Virus record (IMG/VR): IMGVR_UViG_3300027702_000001
DNA: 64,000 nt
Reading direction: 5' to 3' (one strand)
From: a virus
Of this stretch, positions 1 to 7,099 are shown piece after piece. The notes under the pieces were generated by a model. It was not told the DNA's origin. It searched no databases and saw nothing but the letters and a program-made list of their open reading frames with translations. Position 1 is the stretch's first letter, and every line of letters begins with the position of its first letter. A program made the translations under genes and the position numbers.

Positions 1-188
1 TCTTAGTGTTACTCTTCTATAACCATTTTCGTTTAAATGGATTTTCAATTTTTTCCACTTTCCCCACTTAGTAGAGTAAATGGATCCGAGGTTACTGACA
101 TAATAGTCTTCATAGTTAGGGATGGGTTTATATAGTGTTCCCTCGCTATCTCTATAAGTGTTATCGTCAATTTTAGTAAATGGATTCA

Positions 189-833
189 TTAGGGTGAAAC
201 ATTAAAGGATAATGTGATACGATTGTGTTCCCCATTGGTTTCGTATCCGTGAGTTAGGTTACTGGGGAAAATGATAATATCTCCTTCAGTAGTGGGAACA
301 CTTGCATCTAGTAAATTAAACGCGGTTAATCCATTTTGCTTACATTGCATAATTGGATAATAGGATGATTGAGTAATACGTTTAAACTTAAGAGGGGCGT
401 GTTTAGTTGGATCATAGTTAATGAAATAGCATCCTGAGTAAAGACAATTAGAAAATTCGTGAGGTGCATATAGTGCATTTTGTGATGCGACTTCAATATG
501 AGAGTCAATTAACTCCATACTGCTTAGATCATAATTAAGTGATTGCTCATTAATTTGTCTAACTGCGTCGAGGATGGTGTTTCTTACGTCCTTAAGTGTT
601 GGATGGTCTAGGATGTTATTTTTGCCTATTTGCGTCACACCGTGGCATATATCGCTATTAGGGGATTGAAATAGGTCATCATTTGTGCAACTATTAATAT
701 AACTAGTAATTGCGTTTTTATCCCTTTCGTGGTTTTTATTGGTATAATTACCTACTGGGGACATAAACAACCCATAGACGTTAGTCTGTGAGATGGATTC
801 AAAATCGTCCGAAAGTTCTTTAGGATTATGCAT
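189..833 (-). CDS. Putative 2OG-Fe(II) oxygenase (TIGR02466-like), first metal motif degenerate
   Basis: xxH-x-x-SN-x-x-YSG-x-YF, then GDIIIFPSNLTHG and RITLSFN; HEF instead of HxH/HxD. Confidence 0.7.
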   Translation of the reverse strand: MHNPKELSDDFESISQTNVYGLFMSPVGNYTNKNHERDKNAITSYINSCTNDDLFQSPNSDICHGVTQIGKNNILDHPTLKDVRNTILDAVRQINEQSLNYDLSSMELIDSHIEVASQNALYAPHEFSNCLYSGCYFINYDPTKHAPLKFKRITQSSYYPIMQCKQNGLTAFNLLDASVPTTEGDIIIFPSNLTHGYETNGEHNRITLSFNVSP

Positions 834-862
834 AAAAAAAGAGGACTTGATTTAGTCCCCTT
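834..862 (-). terminator. Intrinsic terminator after 895..1209
   Basis: AAGGGGACT-aaatca-AGTCCTCTT stem followed by T-run on minus strand. Confidence 0.75.
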
Positions 863-891
863 ATTATAGTGTATATAGTGAATTAAGTCAA
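863..891 (-). promoter_or_regulatory. Sigma70-type promoter for 189..833
   Basis: TTGACT (891-886), 17 bp, TATAAT (868-863). Confidence 0.8.
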
Positions 892-894
892 CTC

Positions 895-1209
895 CTAGAA
901 TGCGAGTTCCATACCATTAGCGAACGATTCTGTCAAGTGCTTATAACCTACGAACCAAGTCCAGTTTTTTTGAAATACGCGAGTGCCATAAGAGAATTCA
1001 TCAAGAATAGCGTTTAGACGTGATTTAGTTGTATTTGACTGCCAACCGCCATCGAACAATAAAACAGAATTATTTGTAACTGTCGCGATGTGATTGCCGT
1101 GAAGATAAACGTTTGCTTCGCCGTTAGCGTGTGAAACTGAAGTGTTAGCACTTGAGAAGTTTCTGCCGCTTCTGATTGCTGAGTTCATTTGAGTTTCGAT
1201 CTTTCTCAT
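895..1209 (-). CDS. Conserved cyanophage early hypothetical protein
   Basis: ORF behind early promoter with GGAG RBS; MRKIETQMNSAI N-terminus typical of cyanomyovirus early ORFs. Confidence 0.75.
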   Translation of the reverse strand: MRKIETQMNSAIRSGRNFSSANTSVSHANGEANVYLHGNHIATVTNNSVLLFDGGWQSNTTKSRLNAILDEFSYGTRVFQKNWTWFVGYKHLTESFANGMELAF

Positions 1210-1241
1210 TTGGTGTGGTCTCCTGTGTTGCTTATACTAAT

Positions 1242-1299
1242 ATTATAGGGGATAGGGACGCGATTGCTCGTGGTGATGTGCCACTAATCGAACTGTCCA
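1242..1299 (-). promoter_or_regulatory. Early promoter: palindrome plus -10
   Basis: GTGCCACT-N6-ACTGTCCA at 1278-1299, 30 bp from TATAAT at 1247-1242. Confidence 0.8.
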
Positions 1300-1334
1300 C
1301 TATCGATTGAAATTGGTCGCTTGACGTGATACGG

Positions 1335-1658
1335 TTATTTACCTACACCATAGTCGGATGCACTTCTCTCAAGTTGGTATAAACTTCCGTCTCTATATCC
1401 ATCCTTATATGATTGTTCGATCTTTTCATCGATCTTTTCAAAGTCATCTTCTGAGAGACCACTCTCTTCAAATATGAGAGCATTATCTGAAAACTTTTTC
1501 AACTCTTCGAGAACCTCGTCATATGAAAATTGGCGGTTTATGGCATTATCTCCGAATGCTAGTTCATAGACCTCTTCAATAAATTCGTTTTTTGTCATTT
1601 GCTTTTGTACTGTGAGATTGTTCAATGTGAGATTAAGATCGGTAAAAATATCGTGCAT
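1335..1658 (-). CDS. Hypothetical acidic protein
   Basis: ORF track; true start may be internal (MTKNEF). Confidence 0.65.
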   Translation of the reverse strand: MHDIFTDLNLTLNNLTVQKQMTKNEFIEEVYELAFGDNAINRQFSYDEVLEELKKFSDNALIFEESGLSEDDFEKIDEKIEQSYKDGYRDGSLYQLERSASDYGVGK

Positions 1659-1663
1659 AGTGC

Positions 1664-1858
1664 TTAGAATGGGTTTGTCCAGTTGTATGCTTGCCAGTCG
1701 GTAACCATCCCATCCTGATTGAGACAGTCAACAAAATTGTTCCAACTCTCACGTTTTGCGATTGTGTCACCTCTGAGAGACCTATCCTGAGCAACTGCCA
1801 CTTTCCAGTTGTAACGAAATTGCTCTAGAACCTGTGCTTTAGTTGCTCTCCAAGTCAT
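1664..1858 (-). CDS. Conserved cyanophage early hypothetical protein
   Basis: GGAG RBS downstream of early promoter; ends WTNPF. Confidence 0.75.
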   Translation of the reverse strand: MTWRATKAQVLEQFRYNWKVAVAQDRSLRGDTIAKRESWNNFVDCLNQDGMVTDWQAYNWTNPF

Positions 1859-1890
1859 TTGTGAAATTCTCCTTTGTTTGCTATGTACTT

Positions 1891-1948
1891 ATTATAACGG
1901 ATCAGATCCGCCTGTGTAGGGTAGGTGTGCCAGTTCGTGAACTGTCCT
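1891..1948 (-). promoter_or_regulatory. Early promoter: palindrome plus -10
   Basis: GTGCCAGT-N6-ACTGTCCT at 1927-1948, 30 bp from TATAAT. Confidence 0.8.
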
Positions 1949-1979
1949 AGAAAGTGGTCAGTCTTAACTGTCTCACCTA

Positions 1980-2129
1980 TCATTTATTAAGAGGACTATT
2001 AAAATATGCTTTATTTACTGTGTAGATGGTAAAAATAGCGACGATGATCCCTAAAAACCCTAACCACAAAATTGGGGAATGGGGGAAATCATAAAATGGG
2101 ACTTCTGTGGGAACTGTTGAAAATTGCAT
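1980..2129 (-). CDS. 49-aa single-pass membrane protein (below track cutoff)
   Basis: Manual translation MQFSTVPTEVPFYDFPHSPILWLGFLGIIVAIFTIYTVNKAYFNSPLNK. Confidence 0.65.
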   Translation of the reverse strand: MQFSTVPTEVPFYDFPHSPILWLGFLGIIVAIFTIYTVNKAYFNSPLNK

Positions 2130-2201
2130 CTTAGTTAGGATTGTAGTAATTGAGAAATAGCACTAATATAAGTGCGATGAGTAAAATTGAAATTAATGTG
2201 A

Positions 2202-2354
2202 TCATTCTGTGTAAATGTATGAGTTACCAGTATCATATACATCCGAGAAGAGTTGATAATATAGGTCATTCATTAAACCAAATTCAAAACTAGTGCTCGC
2301 GTGCTCTTCAGTCACTCCCTCGTAGCATTTGAGAATTTCATCGTATTGAGTCAT
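2202..2354 (-). CDS. 50-aa hypothetical protein (start revised)
   Basis: MTQYDEILK start follows GAGG RBS and early promoter at 2379-2437. Confidence 0.6.
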   Translation of the reverse strand: MTQYDEILKCYEGVTEEHASTSFEFGLMNDLYYQLFSDVYDTGNSYIYTE

Positions 2355-2378
2355 CTTTTCCTCTGTGTGTATGTCCTT

Positions 2379-2437
2379 ATTATAAGGGATGGGATTCTGA
2401 TCTGTGTGTGGTGTTGTGACAGTAGTTAAACTGTCAC
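2379..2437 (-). promoter_or_regulatory. Early promoter with perfect palindrome
   Basis: GTGACAGT-agttaa-ACTGTCAC at 2416-2437, 31 bp from TATAAT. Confidence 0.85.
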
Positions 2438-2451
2438 ACAACCGCTTGACT

Positions 2452-2877
2452 TTAGTAAACAATGCACTTATTAGATACATTGATGATTGTGAAACCGAGT
2501 TTTTTCAAAATGTTTCTGTATCTTGCGATCTGAGTATTCTTGCGATATTCCCAAAGATCATCGCCAAATGCGATATAAGAAACTTTTGCTACTTTAGTTT
2601 TATCAATGTGGATTGCTCTGTAATCATCCTGACTAATGTCATCGTGGGCAACTTCGTAAACGATCTTAGCAACTACCTCGCCGCCGATGATTAGATTTGA
2701 AAATTGTGAACTCTCGTGCTTATGGTGAACTGAAACACCATTTTTCCAGTCTCCAGATCCATATGTGTTGATGCGATCTAAAACTAGTGATTGATATACA
2801 TCGAGTTTAACCTCTGGATCAAGACCAATTCTAAGTGTGTCTTTTTTGATCAATTCTTTGTATTCTGTAGGTGTCAT
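2452..2877 (-). CDS. Hypothetical early protein
   Basis: 141-aa ORF directly downstream of early promoter. Confidence 0.7.
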   Translation of the reverse strand: MTPTEYKELIKKDTLRIGLDPEVKLDVYQSLVLDRINTYGSGDWKNGVSVHHKHESSQFSNLIIGGEVVAKIVYEVAHDDISQDDYRAIHIDKTKVAKVSYIAFGDDLWEYRKNTQIARYRNILKKLGFTIINVSNKCIVY

Positions 2878-2900
2878 AGTTGTTTGTTGCTTATACTAAT

Positions 2901-2959
2901 ATTATAGAGGATGATGCCCCAATAATAAACAACGTATGTGCCACTAATACAACTGGCAC
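2901..2959 (-). promoter_or_regulatory. Early promoter: palindrome plus -10
   Basis: GTGCCACT-N6-ACTGGCAC at 2938-2959, 31 bp from TATAAT. Confidence 0.8.
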
Positions 2960-3177
2960 TAGAATCTTTCTAAAACTTTGCATTTTGTGTAATCGTAAAC
3001 AGGATGGAATAATGTTTCATCGTTACAGATCTCCATTTGTGGTCTACAATAGCGTCCCCATCTTCGGATAACTGTTCCAATAATCCGCTGACCTATTGGA
3101 TCAGTATATGCAACGATGTCACCTATACTAATCTCAGCGAATGACTCATAAGTGTTGTATTCTTTAATTTCGCTCAT
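2959..3177 (-). CDS. Hypothetical protein
   Basis: ORF track; ATGA overlap with the upstream gene. Confidence 0.65.
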   Translation of the reverse strand: MSEIKEYNTYESFAEISIGDIVAYTDPIGQRIIGTVIRRWGRYCRPQMEICNDETLFHPVYDYTKCKVLERF

Positions 3178-3467
3178 TGTGCAACCGCTCTTGTTTCAAT
3201 GATTATATCTCTAACTCTCTCGCGATCGAGTGAGTCACCATCACCGAACTCAATATTAGTGTTTGATGCACATAGATCGAGGTATCTGAGTATCGCGATT
3301 GCGATCTCTCCAGTTGTTAATCCATCGATAGGATATAATACATCGGGATGATATGGTGCATAAAACATTTCGATGTAGTCTAGAAATTCTTGAAAATTGC
3401 TCATTAGTTTAAACTCCTTTAACTCTTGATTGTAGGTAAGTTGATTGTGCTTGACATACATTGTCAA
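3174..3467 (-). CDS. Conserved cyanophage hypothetical protein
   Basis: ORF track; FGDGDSLDRERVRD C-terminal motif; start may be internal (MSNFQEF). Confidence 0.65.
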   Translation of the reverse strand: MTMYVKHNQLTYNQELKEFKLMSNFQEFLDYIEMFYAPYHPDVLYPIDGLTTGEIAIAILRYLDLCASNTNIEFGDGDSLDRERVRDIIIETRAVAQ

Positions 3468-3603
3468 CTAGGTTATCGAATGTTTGAACATCCCAACCTT
3501 TTTGCTCTGCAATGTCTAACTCATATGCTGTCATTACGAGGTCATAGAGTAACTCATATTGACCGTTTGAGACTTCGATGTTCATTCCTTTGATTGATTT
3601 CAT
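3409..3603 (-). CDS. Hypothetical protein
   Basis: First ORF after early promoter at 3631-3688. Confidence 0.65.
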   Translation of the reverse strand: MKSIKGMNIEVSNGQYELLYDLVMTAYELDIAEQKGWDVQTFDNLVDNVCQAQSTYLQSRVKGV

Positions 3604-3630
3604 TTAGTTTCCTTTGTTGCTTATGTCCTT

Positions 3631-3688
3631 ATTATAGAGGATCAATACCGCTCTGGGATGCTTTTGTAGTCACTTTGTGAACTGTCAC
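3631..3688 (-). promoter_or_regulatory. Early promoter embedded in upstream CDS end
   Basis: TAGTCACT-N6-ACTGTCAC at 3667-3688, 30 bp from TATAAT. Confidence 0.75.
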
Positions 3689-3836
3689 AATGCTCCTTGA
3701 CAAGATACTCGCCTGTCATTATTCTTTCAAATACTGCGGTCTGTTCATCATTTAGATCAAAATCCATATCTCTGAGAACATCCCACAATTTCGTCATTTG
3801 ATATGACTCGTCGAATGACATAGGTATATTAAGCAT
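3642..3836 (-). CDS. Hypothetical protein
   Basis: ORF track; overlaps neighbour by 8 nt. Confidence 0.6.
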   Translation of the reverse strand: MLNIPMSFDESYQMTKLWDVLRDMDFDLNDEQTAVFERIMTGEYLVKEHCDSSQSDYKSIPERY

Positions 3837-4050
3837 CGTAGTTAACTCCGCTGAATACTCTTAACTGAGTTGCATAGTTAACAAGTTGATTGAATCCATC
3901 TTCATTAACCTTAATCTGATCCAATAGTTTTGAGTCTGCTTCCTCATCTAGAAACCTCATAATGGTCTCAAATTGCTCTAACGCTTCAAAACTAAATCCA
4001 GTCTCTGCTTCAACTTCTGTGCGATCTGGGAATGTTGAGTTTTCAATCAT
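3829..4050 (-). CDS. Hypothetical protein
   Basis: First ORF after early promoter at 4076-4133. Confidence 0.65.
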   Translation of the reverse strand: MIENSTFPDRTEVEAETGFSFEALEQFETIMRFLDEEADSKLLDQIKVNEDGFNQLVNYATQLRVFSGVNYDA

Positions 4051-4075
4051 TTGTTTTTGTGTTGCTTATGTTCTT

Positions 4076-4133
4076 ATTATAGTCAATGTATGTGAACTAT
4101 GGTGTTACTGTGTGCCAGTAATATAACTGTCAC
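4076..4133 (-). promoter_or_regulatory. Early promoter: palindrome plus -10
   Basis: GTGCCAGT-N6-ACTGTCAC at 4112-4133, 30 bp from TATAAT. Confidence 0.85.
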
Positions 4134-4145
4134 ATAAACACTTGA

Positions 4146-4319
4146 CTATGCACTTTGTAGTTCTTCTAATAGAGAGTCAAGTTCTTCAGCACAATGACCA
4201 CATCGCCATCCCTCTATCTCATCACCATAATATGCATATCTGTTGACGAATCTGCCTGATCCTGCTTTACAAGACTGACCACAGTCAACACAAATTTCTG
4301 AATCAAATGTATTTTTCAT
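4146..4319 (-). CDS. Small putative zinc-finger protein (57 aa)
   Basis: Manual translation MKNTFDSEICVDCGQSC...GWRCGHCAEELD; two CxxC pairs; ATGA coupling. Confidence 0.65.
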   Translation of the reverse strand: MKNTFDSEICVDCGQSCKAGSGRFVNRYAYYGDEIEGWRCGHCAEELDSLLEELQSA

Positions 4320-4474
4320 TGACATTCATCCTCGAATCTCTCGCGAGCAATATATTCACAATGCTCAACAAGTGCTTCCTCACTCATCATTTTATCGAGA
4401 CCTGTGGATCTCATTAGTTCTAACTCATCTTCATAGAATCCGATAAGCATATCTTCGTGATGTGAAACTGACAT
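4316..4474 (-). CDS. 52-aa acidic hypothetical protein
   Basis: Manual translation MSVSHHEDMLIGFYEDELE...; abuts both neighbours. Confidence 0.6.
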   Translation of the reverse strand: MSVSHHEDMLIGFYEDELELMRSTGLDKMMSEEALVEHCEYIARERFEDECQ

Positions 4475-4612
4475 TTAAACTTCCTCCCAGTAAACTGTAT
4501 CAACTTTTTTGTATAGGTCTGCAACTTTGCATCCCTTACGTCTAGCAACTTGTCTTGCTATCATCGCTTCCCATCTTAGGAATGACTCATAGTTTCTGTT
4601 TCTACTGCACAT
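4475..4612 (-). CDS. 45-aa basic hypothetical protein
   Basis: Manual translation MCSRNRNYESFLRWEAMIARQVARRKG...; first ORF after early promoter. Confidence 0.55.
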   Translation of the reverse strand: MCSRNRNYESFLRWEAMIARQVARRKGCKVADLYKKVDTVYWEEV

Positions 4613-4635
4613 AATGTTTGTTTGTTTATACTATT

Positions 4636-4693
4636 ATTATAGTAAATGTGTGGTGCATATGGTAACATTATGTGCCACTAGTTGAACTGTCAC
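4636..4693 (-). promoter_or_regulatory. Early promoter: palindrome plus -10
   Basis: GTGCCACT-N6-ACTGTCAC at 4672-4693, 30 bp from TATAAT. Confidence 0.85.
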
Positions 4694-4923
4694 ACTATAC
4701 GATCCATAAAGATCCATTCATATGTACCATCCTCAGGGTCGCGTCCATTAACAACGAACTCCTCATAAATGGCATCAGCATCTTCAAAACGGTTGGCATC
4801 AATGTGCTTTGTGATCACGTTCATATAGTGCTCACCCATCAGATCGATTGATGTTTGCATTTGTTCGTTAAATTCCTGATTGTGGTCGTACTCGTGGATC
4901 TCGTTATTTAATTCGTGTTCCAT
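4690..4923 (-). CDS. Hypothetical acidic protein
   Basis: ORF track; overlaps the end of the nuclease gene. Confidence 0.6.
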   Translation of the reverse strand: MEHELNNEIHEYDHNQEFNEQMQTSIDLMGEHYMNVITKHIDANRFEDADAIYEEFVVNGRDPEDGTYEWIFMDRIV

Positions 4924-5407
4924 AGGTTTGGATTGCTTTGTTGGGGATAGTGTAACCTAGTCGTGGGTCTTTTCTGATCTTATCAGAATGAAATTGCTTT
5001 TTAAGACTAGGTAGTAGCAAGTTCAGTACGTCATCGCCTGACATTTGCCAGACTTCAACAACTTGACCATTTTGGTAGCGTGCAAAGAAGTGATCTTTGT
5101 ACTTGCCAATTTTCTCTTCTTTGAGATACTTGACTTGATCTTCCCAAGTATCTTGAACTGAAATACCATTGTAGGTGGCGGTCAGTTTCTTACCTATAGT
5201 AGATTTATACTCAACAGGATTCCCATCCTGATCAAATGCATCAGCACCCGAGTAATCATCAGCAACATTATGCCCAAGGATACCCGCTAAGTGAATTTCA
5301 CGTGAGCGTGCATAACTGAATGGATCTCCCCATCCGTGTTGGTCGCAAAGAGCATACATTTGCTCAAAAAGTTGCTGATATTGTTGTTCGGGTGTTGTCA
5401 CTTGCAT
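4904..5407 (-). CDS. PvuII-like PD-(D/E)xK restriction-type endonuclease (167 aa, start revised)
   Basis: GADAFDQDGNPVEYKS parallels PvuII GNDAVDNAGQEYELKS with the same D-x9-E-x-K spacing; HGWGDPF, FFARY and IPNKAIQTYGTRIK parallel PvuII HGINDIF, IFAIY and IPVKYVMEHGTKIY (PvuII recalled from memory). Confidence 0.7.
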   Translation of the reverse strand: MQVTTPEQQYQQLFEQMYALCDQHGWGDPFSYARSREIHLAGILGHNVADDYSGADAFDQDGNPVEYKSTIGKKLTATYNGISVQDTWEDQVKYLKEEKIGKYKDHFFARYQNGQVVEVWQMSGDDVLNLLLPSLKKQFHSDKIRKDPRLGYTIPNKAIQTYGTRIK

Positions 5408-5429
5408 AGTTTTTTGATTCGATACCTCT

Positions 5430-5487
5430 ATTATAAGGGTTAAACCCATCCGTGTGTGGATGGGTGTGCCACTAGTCAAACTGTCAC
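5430..5487 (-). promoter_or_regulatory. Early promoter of the nuclease gene
   Basis: GTGCCACT-N6-ACTGTCAC at 5466-5487, 30 bp from TATAAT; 8-bp inverted repeat ACCCATCC/GGATGGGT in the spacer. Confidence 0.85.
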
Positions 5488-5488
5488 A

Positions 5489-5722
5489 CTAGCAGGATGC
5501 AGGTGAGTAGTTTTGTGGTTCAGTTAAGAAGTCAGTCACCTGATAATGAAGATCGAGACGTGAATTGATTGTTTCAATCATTTCTCGCTTACTCATCAAT
5601 CGCATTGACATAGCATTAACCTCACCCCACTTATTTTTCAAACTGAGAGTATAAACAAATTTCTCACTCAAAATCGCGTGTGGACGAAATTCGACTGTCA
5701 TCGATCCTGCTGTGAGTTGCAT
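5489..5722 (-). CDS. Conserved cyanophage early hypothetical protein
   Basis: GGAG RBS, first ORF after promoter at 5750-5807. Confidence 0.7.
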   Translation of the reverse strand: MQLTAGSMTVEFRPHAILSEKFVYTLSLKNKWGEVNAMSMRLMSKREMIETINSRLDLHYQVTDFLTEPQNYSPASC

Positions 5723-5745
5723 TTGGTCTCTCCTGTGCTTTACCT

Positions 5746-6069
5746 CTATATTATAGAGGATGGGGCAAGGTCTAGTGGTTCGGGTGTGACAGTTTGTGGT
5801 TTGGCACGAAGTGTCATCTGTTGCCAGTCATCCCACTCTGTTCCATAGTTGGATTCCACTAGTGGTTTAATCTGTTGCATCAATCCGATTATCGCATCCT
5901 TACCATAATAATCGTGTTCGATAGTATCGTGACCAGTACAACTTGATCCCCACTCTGTTACGTCGCTGTCAATTCTTGCAACTAAACCGCGTGCATAATA
6001 GTGAAGCATACCTAGTTCTCTTCTTGATAATGCTATTGTGAACTCTTTTTTGTTGTTAGTTGGATTCAT
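5746..6069 (-). CDS. Hypothetical protein
   Basis: ORF track. Confidence 0.65.
   Translation of the reverse strand: MNPTNNKKEFTIALSRRELGMLHYYARGLVARIDSDVTEWGSSCTGHDTIEHDYYGKDAIIGLMQQIKPLVESNYGTEWDDWQQMTLRAKPQTVTPEPLDLAPSSII
5750..5807 (-). promoter_or_regulatory. Early promoter embedded in upstream CDS end
   Basis: GTGACAGT-N6-TTTGGCAC at 5786-5807, 30 bp from TATAAT. Confidence 0.75.
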
Positions 6070-6229
6070 TGATTTTTTCTAATTTTTGGACTGCGTTGAA
6101 TAGGTCGATGTGTGCAGCGTCAGGTTCATCGCCATTTTCTTTGAGTTCTGATCTATAAATGTCAGGTAGATCTCTGACTGCATCATAAATCTCCTCAAAT
6201 TCACCTCTGGTGAGTGTTAGAGTTATCAT
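6056..6229 (-). CDS. 57-aa hypothetical protein
   Basis: Manual translation MITLTLTRGEFEEIYDAVRD...AVQKLEKINESN; ATGA coupling. Confidence 0.6.
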   Translation of the reverse strand: MITLTLTRGEFEEIYDAVRDLPDIYRSELKENGDEPDAAHIDLFNAVQKLEKINESN

Positions 6230-6384
6230 ACTATCCTCGCATCTAATACTGTAACTGGATCTAAGAAGAAACCATTGTCAACTGCATTGACTACTACGTT
6301 TTGGTTGATAGCGTCACCGTCAGGGCAATTAATATCGTCCTCTGTGTCTACTTCAACTAGTAATGTGATTTGTACTCTTGTCAT
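6226..6384 (-). CDS. 52-aa hypothetical protein
   Basis: Manual translation MTRVQITLLVEVDTEDDINCPDGD... Confidence 0.6.
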   Translation of the reverse strand: MTRVQITLLVEVDTEDDINCPDGDAINQNVVVNAVDNGFFLDPVTVLDARIV

Positions 6385-6407
6385 CGTATTAGGTTTTGTA
6401 ATATTGT

Positions 6408-6566
6408 GTCAGAGCGAGGGTATCCCTCAGCGATTTGTAATGTGAGCAACGCTCTGACGGTTGAGTGTGGAAGAGGTTCGATTTAAAGATCTGTTCCACC
6501 TGATCTATCCTAACTTGTTTACCAAGTGTAATTAAGATCAGGGATGAGATCACCCTTGCCCTCCAC
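6408..6566 (-). ncRNA. Candidate structured RNA or 5' leader, family unknown
   Basis: Five stems readable directly; G-U pairs only work on the minus strand; starts at the predicted TSS of an early-type promoter. Confidence 0.55.
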
Positions 6567-6572
6567 ATTTAT

Positions 6573-6631
6573 AATATACCAATAAAAAAGACCCCTGTGG
6601 GGTCTTAGTAGTACAGTTTGTTAAGTGTCAC
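6573..6631 (-). promoter_or_regulatory. Early-type promoter driving the structured RNA
   Basis: AGTACAGT-N6-AGTGTCAC at 6610-6631, 31 bp from extended -10 TG-G-TATATT. Confidence 0.6.
6582..6606 (-). terminator. Intrinsic terminator within promoter spacer
   Basis: AAGACCCC-aca-GGGGTCTT plus T-run. Confidence 0.8.
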
Positions 6632-6636
6632 ATAGT

Positions 6637-7065
6637 TTACCAGAATGTCCCCAAATGTGATACTTTATCGAAGAATGCATCACGATATGTATCGTCAATG
6701 CTATTGGCATCTACCGTATAAAGATCTCCTTTGAGTTTCTTACATTTACCAGTAGATCCCTCGATCCACATTAAATCCTTTGTGTGTCCACCTCTATCTG
6801 CAGGTGCGGTCGCTGTGATTTTAATATCATCGCCATCATCTACCTTAGCGAATACCCAAGTAACTGAAGCATCATCCGCCACAACTTTATCTCTCTTGTT
6901 GAGAATGACGTTTACGTGAGTGTGAATTGCTCTTGCAATTTCTGTTGATGTACCAACAGATTCTGCTATTCTCTTGTCAATATTGGCGAGTCTATATGCC
7001 TTCGCCTTCTCTGACAATTTAGTGAGCAGCAAATCTGCATACCCATTAACTGCTGTCGTTGCCAT
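6637..7065 (-). CDS. Hypothetical protein
   Basis: 142-aa ORF; late-like CATAAATA upstream near 7098-7105. Confidence 0.7.
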   Translation of the reverse strand: MATTAVNGYADLLLTKLSEKAKAYRLANIDKRIAESVGTSTEIARAIHTHVNVILNKRDKVVADDASVTWVFAKVDDGDDIKITATAPADRGGHTKDLMWIEGSTGKCKKLKGDLYTVDANSIDDTYRDAFFDKVSHLGTFW

Positions 7066-7099
7066 TGTTAATCTCTGTAACTGTACTTGATAGAGTTAT

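Noticed and set aside
1965-1978. Extra palindrome copy (GGTCAGT...ACTGTCT)
   Set aside because: Spacer is 4 rather than 6 nt and there is no -10 at the expected distance
6408-6458. Hammerhead ribozyme or Yfr2-like RNA
   Set aside because: No CUGANGA/GAAA core; only imperfect GGTAAACA and GGAACA rather than paired GGAAACA motifs
6389-6568. 59-aa ORF (MWRARVISS...) over the structured RNA
   Set aside because: ATG lies only 4 nt after the -10, at or upstream of the likely start site, with no RBS; dense stems favour an RNA function, though translation is not excluded
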